A DNA stretch of 64,000 bases from Candidatus Kapaibacterium sp. (lineage in GTDB: Bacteria > Bacteroidota > Ignavibacteria > Kapaibacteriales > Kapaibacteriaceae), in contig JAURGP010000005.1 of assembly GCA_030833725.1 (NCBI GenBank), positions 298-64,297 of the forward strand. The letters run 5' to 3'. The stretch's first letter is position 1. The number at the start of each line of letters is the position of its first letter. The position numbers were made by a program, and so were the translations under genes. Shown here in pieces: positions 47,041 through 55,963 of the stretch. A model generated the notes under the pieces. It searched no databases. It was not told the DNA's origin and worked only from the letters and a program-made list of their open reading frames with translations.

Positions 47041-49017
47041 TTGGTGCAGCACCTGCACGCCCATAGCATCCCCGACGTGAGCGTTCTGATTGTGAACTAC
47101 AACGTCAAGGACTACCTTCAGCAGTGTCTGCGGTCGGTGCAGGGGGCTCGCGATGGACTTAACGTCCAGATTGTGGTCGTTGACAATGCATCAAGCGATG
47201 CTACCATGGATGAGCTGCCTGAACTGTTTCCGGACGTGGTATGGGTGGCATCGCAGGAAAACCTGGGCTTCGGTCGTGGAAACAACGTAGGCCTGTCACA
47301 CTGTACTGGCCGGTACGTACTCTTTCTGAATCCTGACACGATTATGCAGCCGGATACGCTGCGAACGATGGTGTCCTACCTCGATGCACATCCAGAGGTG
47401 GGGTTGGCCGGATGTACGGTGTACAATCCGGATGGAACCTTTCAGCTGGCATGTCGGCGCGGATTCCCAAGTCCCTGGGCGAGCTTTACAAAGCTGTTTG
47501 GACTGCAGGCACTGTTTCCGCAGTCACGCTGGTTTGCCCAGTACAACATGACCTACCTGCCAGTGGAGGCTACCTACGATGTTGATGCGCTGATTGGCGC
47601 CTTCATGATGGGGCCGCGTTCGTTGATTGAACAGGTAGGCGGATTCGATCCGGCGTTCTTCATGTATGGCGAGGACCTCGATCTGTGTTACAGGATCCAG
47701 AAGCTAGGACGGTCGATACGGTACGTGCACACGACCAGCATTGTCCACTTCAAAGGGGAGAGTACCCGGAGGTCGTCGATGGACGATGTAGCAGTGTTCT
47801 ACGATGCTATGAAGATCTTCGCCCGGAAGCACTACGGACGATCTGCACCGTTTCTGCTGCTGCTCAACGTGGGGATCGTGGTGCGCTCTGTGGTGGAGAA
47901 GATGCTGCGGCGCCGTCGAGAGCTGCTGATGCTTGGGCTTGATGGTGTGTCTCTGCTGCTTGCCTTGCTGCTGGCAACCTCCGTTCGGTTCGACGGGCCG
48001 TTTGGATTTCCCGACTACGCCTATCCTCTCGTATTGATCGTCGTGCCGCTGGTGGCACTCGTCAGTTTGATTTCCGTTGGGGAGTATGTCGAGTACCGCC
48101 CTACAATCCGTCGCAGCTTGGTAGGCTTGTTGGTATCGTTCTTTGTGCTATCGTCGTTGACCTACTTCTTTAAGGAGTACGCATTCAGCCGCGGTGTGGT
48201 GTTGATGACGATCGGTATCAGTGCCGTGCTGCTGTCGATCGTGCGCGGTGTTGCTGCACTGCTGGATGCACGGGGGGGCACGTCCAAGATCCGCACGGTG
48301 GTCGTCGTAGGCCTCACGCCGGCAGCAGCGTCCATCATCGAAGCCCTGCGAACCTCGGAGTACCGAACCACGAGCATCGCCGGCGCGGTCGCGACGAATA
48401 CACTGGCACAGACCCAGTTTGCTGGTGTTCCGGTGATTGGAACGGCCGACTACCTCGAGACGATCATTGGCGACACGCACGCTGAAGAAGTCATCATTGC
48501 TGACTCTGCATTTGATCCGTCCATTATTGTCCGGATGATGAAGCGCTCGGGCTTGCACCGGGTGCGATACCACTTTGCAGAGGCCTACGACGACGTCATC
48601 ATGGCGCGCCTTGTGCAGGATGTGGCTGGCGTTGAACCTACGGTGCAGGTCTCTCCTCTGCTCCGGTTCCGGAACCGATGGATCAAACGGGCTATAGATG
48701 TTATGGTGGCACTCCCTACGCTGTTGGTTCTAGGGATACAGGTATTTTTGGGGCGGCGCAACGCACGTCCTAGATTCCATGCATGGATGGAAGTCCTACG
48801 TGGAACGAGGAGTGTGGTTGGTTTGTACAATGACGGTCGCAGGCGTGTGGCGGGAAAGCCCGGGATAACGAGTCTAGTGGACGTTGGCTCTGGTACGGTC
48901 GTGGTGTCGCAAGCTGCTGCCGAACACATCAATGATTACTACGTTGCGCAGTACTCGGTAGCTCTGGACATTGAAATCATGTTGAAGTATCTGGTAGGCC
49001 ATCGTGGCATCAAATAG
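47041..49017 (+). CDS. Fusion protein: N-terminal GT2 glycosyltransferase plus a C-terminal membrane domain resembling an internally deleted WbaP-type sugar transferase.
   Basis: Residues 1-270: GT2 ([26 protein letters not shown]). Residues 300-660: four TM helices, a CoA-binding-like segment (KIRTVVVGL...GVPVIG...EEVIIA), then [23 protein letters not shown] and [10 protein letters not shown]...KPGITSLVD...[14 protein letters not shown]. The usual GPxxFxQxRxG/KFRTM catalytic core in between is absent. Confidence 0.55.
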   Translation: MVQHLHAHSIPDVSVLIVNYNVKDYLQQCLRSVQGARDGLNVQIVVVDNASSDATMDELPELFPDVVWVASQENLGFGRGNNVGLSHCTGRYVLFLNPDTIMQPDTLRTMVSYLDAHPEVGLAGCTVYNPDGTFQLACRRGFPSPWASFTKLFGLQALFPQSRWFAQYNMTYLPVEATYDVDALIGAFMMGPRSLIEQVGGFDPAFFMYGEDLDLCYRIQKLGRSIRYVHTTSIVHFKGESTRRSSMDDVAVFYDAMKIFARKHYGRSAPFLLLLNVGIVVRSVVEKMLRRRRELLMLGLDGVSLLLALLLATSVRFDGPFGFPDYAYPLVLIVVPLVALVSLISVGEYVEYRPTIRRSLVGLLVSFFVLSSLTYFFKEYAFSRGVVLMTIGISAVLLSIVRGVAALLDARGGTSKIRTVVVVGLTPAAASIIEALRTSEYRTTSIAGAVATNTLAQTQFAGVPVIGTADYLETIIGDTHAEEVIIADSAFDPSIIVRMMKRSGLHRVRYHFAEAYDDVIMARLVQDVAGVEPTVQVSPLLRFRNRWIKRAIDVMVALPTLLVLGIQVFLGRRNARPRFHAWMEVLRGTRSVVGLYNDGRRRVAGKPGITSLVDVGSGTVVVSQAAAEHINDYYVAQYSVALDIEIMLKYLVGHRGIK

Positions 49018-49963
49018 CGTGACCCTCGACTTCGAAAAGCCGATTGTGGAGCTTGAGAATAAGATTCTCGAGATGAAGGGACTATCCGACACTCTAGACA
49101 TCCAACCTCAGATTGAAGAACTCGAGGGCAAGGTAGAGGAACTGCGTTCGAGGATCTATTCCGAACTCACGCGCTGGCAGCGCGTGCAGATTGCTCGCCA
49201 TCCGGACCGTCCGTACACGCTGGATTACGTAACACAATGTTTCGACGAGTTCATCGAGTGGCATGGTGATCGCGCGTTTGGTGACGATCCTGCCATCGTT
49301 GGTGGCACGGCCCTGCTCGATGGCACCTCGGTGATGGTCATTGGCCATCAAAAGGGGCGAGATACCAAGTCGAACCTGTATCGCAACTTCGGCATGCCCA
49401 ATCCGGAGGGATATCGCAAGGCATACCGACTCATGTCTACTGCCGAACGCTTCGGGATGCCAGTGATCTGCTTTCTCGATACACCGGGGGCCTTCCCTGG
49501 TATCGAGGCGGAGGAACGTGGCCAAGCCGAGGCCATCGCACGAAATCTCGTGTTGATGGCTCGCCTGCGCGTTCCCGTGGTGATCGTCATCATCGGGGAG
49601 GGGGCTTCTGGCGGTGCCCTTGGCATCGGCGTGGGCAACAGAATCCTGATGCTGGAGAATAGCTGGTACAGTGTGATCGCTCCGGAATCCTGCTCCTCAA
49701 TCCTATGGCGCAGCTGGGAGTACAAGGAACAAGCTGCCGAGGCCCTGCGTTTGACAGCATCCGACCTGGTAGAGGTTGGAATCGTCGATCGGATTCTACG
49801 GGAGCCTGTTGGTGGTGCGCACCGTGCCCCAGAAGACATGTTTTCGACAGTCAAGCAGGCACTTGTTGAGGAGCTCTCGGTACTTGGTCAACTTTCTCCG
49901 ACCGAACTTGTGCAACGCCGACGCGAGAAATTCTACGCCATGGGTGTATGGACCGAATCGTGA
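49004..49963 (+). CDS. accA: Acetyl-CoA carboxylase carboxyltransferase subunit alpha.
   Basis: [14 protein letters not shown] start, [19 protein letters not shown], and the crotonase-like CT domain ([10 protein letters not shown]). Confidence 0.85.
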   Translation: MASNSVTLDFEKPIVELENKILEMKGLSDTLDIQPQIEELEGKVEELRSRIYSELTRWQRVQIARHPDRPYTLDYVTQCFDEFIEWHGDRAFGDDPAIVGGTALLDGTSVMVIGHQKGRDTKSNLYRNFGMPNPEGYRKAYRLMSTAERFGMPVICFLDTPGAFPGIEAEERGQAEAIARNLVLMARLRVPVVIVIIGEGASGGALGIGVGNRILMLENSWYSVIAPESCSSILWRSWEYKEQAAEALRLTASDLVEVGIVDRILREPVGGAHRAPEDMFSTVKQALVEELSVLGQLSPTELVQRRREKFYAMGVWTES

Positions 49964-50685
49964 CACGCCCCCTGCGTGACGCGATCGTGCAGTTGGGATG
50001 GGCCTCAACCGACATTTCCCGCGAGTACATCCACGGCGGCGTAGTTGCGGTGAATGACGTTGTTATTCGATCAGAACTGCACCCTGTTGACGTTCAACGC
50101 GACGAGATCACCCTGATGGGTATATGCTTGTCGGTGCCCCGGCAACGCTCGGCTGTCCATGGGCTGCCTGCGTGGTTTCTTCTTCACGATCATGACGCAT
50201 TTGGTACCGGGGTCTATCTGGCTACCGCCACGGAAGACAATCCAACCGTGTGGCACCCTATCGACCTGCCGCTGACCCACGACTACCTCGCTCGGTTCGA
50301 TCGTGACCTCATCGAGGACGACATTCGAGCGCTGCAGCAGGAGCTCTCACACAGGGCCTTGATCGAAGCTAGGGATGTGACCGTCATCAAGGGCTTCGAT
50401 GGCGTCACAGGTCGCTATCTGTTGCCAAACGCGCGCTATACTCTCGGTGATCTCCGGGATGGGGCACGTGCCGTTGGTTTGGTACTCCAAGGTGCCGCCA
50501 GCCTGCGATGTGGACCATACACGGCTACGGCACTACCGCCAGCATCCTGGAGGCGACTGCTACCCCATGAAGTCGAAGCAATCGTTGCCATGGCTCACTA
50601 CGGACTGCCAGAAACAACGCCTGTGGAGGACGTGTGGCAGTCGATGCGAAACCACGATCGAGGCCAACCTTACGAAACCGGTTGA
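49948..50685 (+). CDS. S4-domain RNA-binding protein, possibly a divergent RsuA-like pseudouridine synthase.
   Basis: N-terminus [34 protein letters not shown] fits the S4 fold consensus. A weak match to the RsuA catalytic loop ([15 protein letters not shown] versus GRLDxDSEGLLLLT). Otherwise divergent. Confidence 0.35.
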   Translation: MDRIVTRPLRDAIVQLGWASTDISREYIHGGVVAVNDVVIRSELHPVDVQRDEITLMGICLSVPRQRSAVHGLPAWFLLHDHDAFGTGVYLATATEDNPTVWHPIDLPLTHDYLARFDRDLIEDDIRALQQELSHRALIEARDVTVIKGFDGVTGRYLLPNARYTLGDLRDGARAVGLVLQGAASLRCGPYTATALPPASWRRLLPHEVEAIVAMAHYGLPETTPVEDVWQSMRNHDRGQPYETG

Positions 50686-52439
50686 CGATACTGCAGCTGG
50701 TGCAGCGTATGATACAGACCACCGTGGGCGAGTAACTCCTGATGCGTGCCATGCTCCGCCACACGACCATGATGCAGCACGATAATCCGATCGGCTCGCT
50801 GAATCGTGGAGAGGCGATGGGCAATCACGATACTCGTTCTGCCGGAGAGTAAGGTAGAGATCGAGCGTTCAATCAAGAGCTCCGTTTCGGTGTCGATGTT
50901 CGCCGTGGCCTCGTCAAGGATGAGAATATCTGGATTGCCAACAAGGGCGCGGCAGAACGAGATGAGTTGCTTCTGTCCGGTACTCAGCACGGCACCACGC
51001 TCACGAACCTGCGTTTGGTAACCGTTGGGCAACTTCATGATGAAGTCATGGGCACCCAGGGCTACAGCTGCGTCGACAACATCCTGATGGGTGATGCCCG
51101 GTCGGCCCAAGGTGATGTTCTCTTCGATCGAGCGCGAAAAGAGAAAGACGTCCTGCAATACCATTGCCATCCGAGCACGGATGGTGTCCTGCTGGTACGA
51201 ACGAATGTCACGTCCATTGACGAGAACCTCTCCCTGCTGGTAGTCGTAGAAGCGCCCAAGCACGTTGATGATGGAGCTCTTTCCGGCTCCTGTTGCACCA
51301 ACCAGTGCGATGGTCTGTCCCTTTTCGACCTGAAAGGAGACGCCCTGTAGGACGGGTTGCTGGCCGTCGTAGGAGAAGTGAACGTCGCGGAACTCGATGG
51401 AAGAGGAGACACCGGGAAACGGCGTAGCTCCGGGTAGGTCGTCGATGGTCTGCTTCGTGTCGAGGAGTCGGAAGATGCGCTGCGAAGCCACAGCACTGGA
51501 CTGCAGTGTATTGTACTTCTCGGTGAGGTCACGTACGGGACGGAAGAACATTTCCGTGAATTGAGCAAAAGCAATGAGCATGCCCACGGTCATCGTGCCA
51601 CTGCCTATAGAGTTTGCTGTGAACCATAGGATGATCGACAGGGCAATGGCGCTTAAGAACTCCACCACCGGAAAGAACGTAGCATAGTAGAAAATGGAGC
51701 GGTCTTGAAGGAGCTGATGCTCGTGGTTGATGGCGGCAAACTGCGTCTGCATGCGCTTCTGCTGCGTAAAGAGCTGCACGATGCTGATGCCCGAGACAAA
51801 CTCATTCATGAAGGCATTCATGGCTGCCACCTGCTTACGAATCTCGTTGTAGACCAGGCGAACCTTCGCTCGAAACACGAAGGAGGCGATCAGCAACAGT
51901 GGCAGGATCGTAATCGTGAGCAATGTAAGATGCACGGATGTCTGCATCATGAAGAACAGAATCCAGAAGATGATCATGATGTCGGAGATCATCATCACTA
52001 CACCGGAGGAAAACAGCTCATTGAGCACCTCAACGTCGTTGGTCACGCGGGTGATTATGCGTCCCACTGGGGTGGTGTCGTAGTATCGCAGTGCCAGCCG
52101 CTGGACGTGGTCGTAGAGTCGGGATCGGATGGACAGAAGTACGCGCTGACCAATCCACTCCATGAGATATGACAACCCATACTGGAGAGCCCCCTGCAGC
52201 AACAAGAAGCCAACAATCAGGGCTACGTACTGCCATAACCCGTCCAGATCTCCCGTAACGATGTGATCGTCGATGGCAATGCGGGTGAGATACGGACGCA
52301 ATGGCCCAAGGGCTGACGAGGATAGAGTGAGCACAATGGCAACGGCCAGATGCCAACGGTAGGGTGCCAAGAACGCTAGCAGGCGCCTCATTAATCCATA
52401 GTTGACAGAGGACTGGACGTCGTCGGTAGAGGTGGTCAT
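50670..52439 (-). CDS. ABC transporter fused permease/ATP-binding protein (MsbA-like exporter).
   Basis: Six-TM N-terminal domain, Walker A GATGAGKSS, ABC signature LSTGQKQLISF, Walker B ILILDEAT. Start at MTTSTDD (52439). Confidence 0.8.
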   Translation of the reverse strand: MTTSTDDVQSSVNYGLMRRLLAFLAPYRWHLAVAIVLTLSSSALGPLRPYLTRIAIDDHIVTGDLDGLWQYVALIVGFLLLQGALQYGLSYLMEWIGQRVLLSIRSRLYDHVQRLALRYYDTTPVGRIITRVTNDVEVLNELFSSGVVMMISDIMIIFWILFFMMQTSVHLTLLTITILPLLLIASFVFRAKVRLVYNEIRKQVAAMNAFMNEFVSGISIVQLFTQQKRMQTQFAAINHEHQLLQDRSIFYYATFFPVVEFLSAIALSIILWFTANSIGSGTMTVGMLIAFAQFTEMFFRPVRDLTEKYNTLQSSAVASQRIFRLLDTKQTIDDLPGATPFPGVSSSIEFRDVHFSYDGQQPVLQGVSFQVEKGQTIALVGATGAGKSSIINVLGRFYDYQQGEVLVNGRDIRSYQQDTIRARMAMVLQDVFLFSRSIEENITLGRPGITHQDVVDAAVALGAHDFIMKLPNGYQTQVRERGAVLSTGQKQLISFCRALVGNPDILILDEATANIDTETELLIERSISTLLSGRTSIVIAHRLSTIQRADRIIVLHHGRVAEHGTHQELLAHGGLYHTLHQLQYRQPVS

Positions 52440-52505
52440 GGCACAAAGATACGGCACGGCCGAAGGGTGGAATGCCCGCACTCTAGATCGCAGTATTTTC
52501 GCAGG

Positions 52506-53915
52506 ATGATTCGTATCACACCGTTTGGAGCTGCCGGAGAAGTGACCGGCTCTGCTACCCTTGTTGAAACACCGAGCGCTCGTTTGGTGGTAGATCTCGG
52601 TATGTTTCAAGGCGACAAGGACGACGATGCCCGCAACGTGATCCCCGGACCGATCCATCGAGAATCCATCGACGCCGTGCTGCTAACCCACGGACACCTC
52701 GATCATTGTGGTCGCCTTCCGCTGTTTGTGCGGGACGGCTTTGAAGGGCCCATCTTCACCACGCCGGCAACACGTGACGTGGCAGAGATTATTCTAATGG
52801 ACTCTGCCAATATACAAGAGTCGGATTACCGCCGTCGGCAACGCTATGCCCAGCGGAAGGGTCGCAAGCTGAGCCGCCTGGACGCCCCTCTGTACGACCA
52901 GGACGACGTCGAACAGACGATTCGACAGATGGAGGTGGTAGACTATGATGTGGTCGTGGACGTGGCCCCCGGTGTGTCTGCCACGTTCCACGAAGCAGGA
53001 CACATCTTGGGATCGGCATCCATTTCTCTGCAGATCCACCACAACGGCCAAGACCGCACGGTGGTCTTCAGTGGAGACGTCGGGCCGCGCAACATGCCGT
53101 ACCTGAAGGATCCGGAATCTCCATCGAAGGCAGACATTGTGGTATTGGAGTCGACGTATGGTGATCGCGACCATCGTTCCATCGATGCAACGGTCGAAGA
53201 GTTTACGTCCATCATCCAGTCCGCGATCGCCCAAAAAGGCAAAATCTTCATTCCTTCTTTTGCCATAGGCAGAACACAAAACGTACTGTACTACCTGGCC
53301 GAGATGATTCGCCATGGGCGCATTCCGCGGGTTCCTATCTTCCTGGACAGCCCCATGGCCATCAAGGCATCGCAGTTGTACACCGAGTACGCGGAGCTGT
53401 TCGACGAAGAGGGAAGTGAGTTGGTGGCCGATGGTCAGTTGGCCAGCGATCTTCGCACGTTGCGGTTATCGTCCTCGGCTGAGCAGTCTCGCTCGATCAA
53501 CGACTATCGCGGTCCGTTCATCGTGGTTGCGGGGTCGGGCATGTGCACCGCAGGCCGCATCGTACATCACCTGCGTAACAACATTGCCAATCCCCACGCC
53601 CACATCGTGATTGTTGGCTACCAAGCACGTGGATCCCTGGGACGGGCCTTGGTGGATGGTGCCACGCACGTGTCGGTCATGGGGTCGTGGTATCCCGTAC
53701 AGGCACAGGTTCACACCCTTGGTGGATTTAGCGCACATGCCGGCCAGTCGCAATTGGTTGATTGGTTGCGTCCGATGGTGCACGGTCATCAGCCACAGGT
53801 CGTGCTGCTACACGGAGAAGAAGATCCGCGTCAGCTGCTGGCAGAGCGCATTCACGAAGAGTTTAGTATCACTCCACGACGGCCACGCTACGGCGAATCG
53901 CTGAGTTTCGCCTAG
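52506..53915 (+). CDS. MBL-fold metallo-hydrolase with beta-CASP / RNA-metabolising domain (RNase J / CPSF-like).
   Basis: LTHGHLDHCG metallo-beta-lactamase motif followed by beta-CASP-like and RMMBL-like C-terminal regions. 470 aa. Confidence 0.65.
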   Translation: MIRITPFGAAGEVTGSATLVETPSARLVVDLGMFQGDKDDDARNVIPGPIHRESIDAVLLTHGHLDHCGRLPLFVRDGFEGPIFTTPATRDVAEIILMDSANIQESDYRRRQRYAQRKGRKLSRLDAPLYDQDDVEQTIRQMEVVDYDVVVDVAPGVSATFHEAGHILGSASISLQIHHNGQDRTVVFSGDVGPRNMPYLKDPESPSKADIVVLESTYGDRDHRSIDATVEEFTSIIQSAIAQKGKIFIPSFAIGRTQNVLYYLAEMIRHGRIPRVPIFLDSPMAIKASQLYTEYAELFDEEGSELVADGQLASDLRTLRLSSSAEQSRSINDYRGPFIVVAGSGMCTAGRIVHHLRNNIANPHAHIVIVGYQARGSLGRALVDGATHVSVMGSWYPVQAQVHTLGGFSAHAGQSQLVDWLRPMVHGHQPQVVLLHGEEDPRQLLAERIHEEFSITPRRPRYGESLSFA

Positions 53916-53957
53916 CTCGTTTCCTCCCAGTGTAACCACGTTCAACAGCAGGCAGAT

Positions 53958-55358
53958 ATGACAACTCGGATGGAGCATGATTTTCTCGGTGATCGGGAAA
54001 TCTCCGATGACGCGTACTACGGTGTTCAGACCGTACGGGCGATAGACAACTTTCCGATCACCGGAATCCCGATCGGGCACTTGACCTCGTTCATCAAAGC
54101 CTTCGGCTACGTGAAGAAGGCGGCGGCGCTGGCCAACCGGGATCTTGGTGTGCTGGAGGTCGAGAAAGCCGAGGCCATCATCGCAGCCTGCGATGCCGTG
54201 ATCGCCGGTGAGCTGAGCGATCAGTTCCCGGTAGACGTTGTGCAGGGTGGTGCTGGTACATCCACCAACATGAATGTCAACGAGGTGATTGCTAATAAGG
54301 CCCTTGAGCTTCTTGGTCTGCCGAAGGGGCGCTATGACGTGATTCACCCGAATAACCACGTCAATCTGTCGCAGAGCACGAACGACGTCTATCCAACGGC
54401 CCTGCGCCTAGCGGTGTGGTATGAACTGCAGTTTCTTGTCGAGTCTCTCCAGCACCTGCGAGATGCTTTTACGGCCAAAGGAGCGGAGTTTGCATCGGTC
54501 TTGAAGATGGGGCGTACCCAACTGCAGGACGCCGTGCCGATGACGCTCGGGATGGAGTTCGATGCCTTTGCGGTGAACATCTATCGCGATGTGGAGCGCC
54601 TGCAGGGGGCTCGGCTGCATGTGCTGGAGGTAAACCTTGGGGCCACAGCCATAGGGACGAGCATCAATGCACCCCATGGCTATCCCGAGTTGGCAACGTC
54701 CTACCTTGCCCGCATCACCGGTGTTGACGTCTACCTGGCGACGGACCTCATTGAAGCGACGTGGGACACCGGACCGCTCGTCGAGATTTCGGGTCTTCTG
54801 AAGCGTGTGGCCGTCAAGCTTTCCAAGATCTGCAACGACCTGCGCCTGTTGTCGTCTGGCCCGCGAACCGGTTTCAATGAAATCAACCTTCCAGCACGCC
54901 AGCCAGGGTCGAGTATCATGCCAGGGAAGGTCAACCCCGTGATTCCGGAAGTGGTCAACCAGGTGTGCTTCCGCGTGATTGGAAACGACACGACGATCTC
55001 CTTTGCTGCCGAAGCCGGTCAGCTTCAGCTGAACGTTATGGAGCCCATCATGGCCTTTTGTCTGTTCCAGAGCATGTCGATGCTGACGAACGGAACGCGT
55101 GTGCTTCGCGAGTTGTGTGTGGAGGGCATCACCGCCAACAGCGAGCACGCTCAGCAGCTCGTGTTGCGCTCGATCGGTATCGTTACGGCCTTGAACCCGC
55201 TGTTGGGATACGAGGAGTGTGCATCGATCGCCAAGGAAGCATTCGAGACAGGTGCAAACATCGTAGACATCGTACGGCGAAAGGGGCTTCTACCGGAGGA
55301 AAAACTCAACGAGATCTTCAGCATCGACAACCTCATGAATCCACAGTACATCCGGTAA
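53958..55358 (+). CDS. aspA: Aspartate ammonia-lyase (class II fumarase/aspartase family).
   Basis: GSSIMPGKVNPV family signature. N-terminus HDFLGDREISDDAYYGVQTVRA resembles AspA more than FumC. 466 aa. Confidence 0.7.
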   Translation: MTTRMEHDFLGDREISDDAYYGVQTVRAIDNFPITGIPIGHLTSFIKAFGYVKKAAALANRDLGVLEVEKAEAIIAACDAVIAGELSDQFPVDVVQGGAGTSTNMNVNEVIANKALELLGLPKGRYDVIHPNNHVNLSQSTNDVYPTALRLAVWYELQFLVESLQHLRDAFTAKGAEFASVLKMGRTQLQDAVPMTLGMEFDAFAVNIYRDVERLQGARLHVLEVNLGATAIGTSINAPHGYPELATSYLARITGVDVYLATDLIEATWDTGPLVEISGLLKRVAVKLSKICNDLRLLSSGPRTGFNEINLPARQPGSSIMPGKVNPVIPEVVNQVCFRVIGNDTTISFAAEAGQLQLNVMEPIMAFCLFQSMSMLTNGTRVLRELCVEGITANSEHAQQLVLRSIGIVTALNPLLGYEECASIAKEAFETGANIVDIVRRKGLLPEEKLNEIFSIDNLMNPQYIR

Positions 55359-55365
55359 AGCAGTA

Positions 55366-55806
55366 TGCAACGTCATATCCTGTTAGCACTCCTCTGTAGC
55401 GGTCTGATGTCGCACGCCTGTGCTCCCGACTCCGCATAGTTGCCAGAGGCCCCCTTCCATCGGGTGTTGCGGCGGGACTGTTGAATCGTCGGCCCGATGT
55501 TCTTCAGGCGGAACAGGAGGTGGTGAACCTTCGATTGCTGATGTCAACGATGCGTGGACGCAGTTGACCACGGGTAGGGAACGGCTAGCGGCTGAGCGCA
55601 GAACAGTGGAAGCGAATCGCCAGGTACTGCGGCTGTCAGAGCTTCGGTATCGGTACGGTACGGCGCCGTATCTCCAGGTGCTGGATGCACAGCGTTCGCT
55701 GCTAGAGGCACAACAGTCAGAAATAGAAGCGGCCTACGCTGCTGCGGAGGCCGATGTACTTCTGTACCGCGCCATGGGTGGTGGATGGGGCGGTAGTTGG
55801 GAGTGA
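55366..55806 (+). pseudogene. Remnant of an outer-membrane efflux lipoprotein gene (NodT/OprM/TolC family) with a large internal deletion.
   Basis: Frame 1: MQRHILLALLCSGLMSHAC (signal peptide plus lipobox), then stop. About 100 bp downstream in another frame: ...AAERRTVEANRQVLRLSELRYRYGTAPYLQVLDAQRSLLEAQQSEIEAAYAAAEADVLLYRAMGGGW, a typical C-terminus of an RND-system outer-membrane factor. The whole locus is only about 440 bp against about 1.4 kb for an intact gene. Confidence 0.55.
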
Positions 55807-55877
55807 TTCCGCTGGGACTCGAACCCAGGACCCTTTGATTAAAAGTCAAATGCTCTAGCCGGCTGAGCTACGGAATC
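55804..55877 (-). tRNA. tRNA-Lys (anticodon UUU).
   Basis: Reverse complement folds as a cloverleaf: acceptor GATTCCG/CGGAATC, D-arm GCTC-AGCCGGCTA-GAGC, anticodon arm TTTGA-CTTTTAA-TCAAA (anticodon TTT), T-arm CTGGG-TTCGAGT-CCCAG. No encoded CCA. Confidence 0.85.
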
Positions 55878-55963
55878 GAACAGCTACAAACGTACGAAAA
55901 GTCTGTGACATCACATCGTGCTGTGTGCCGGTGTTGTCTGCCGGTGTTGACGAACTGCGACGA

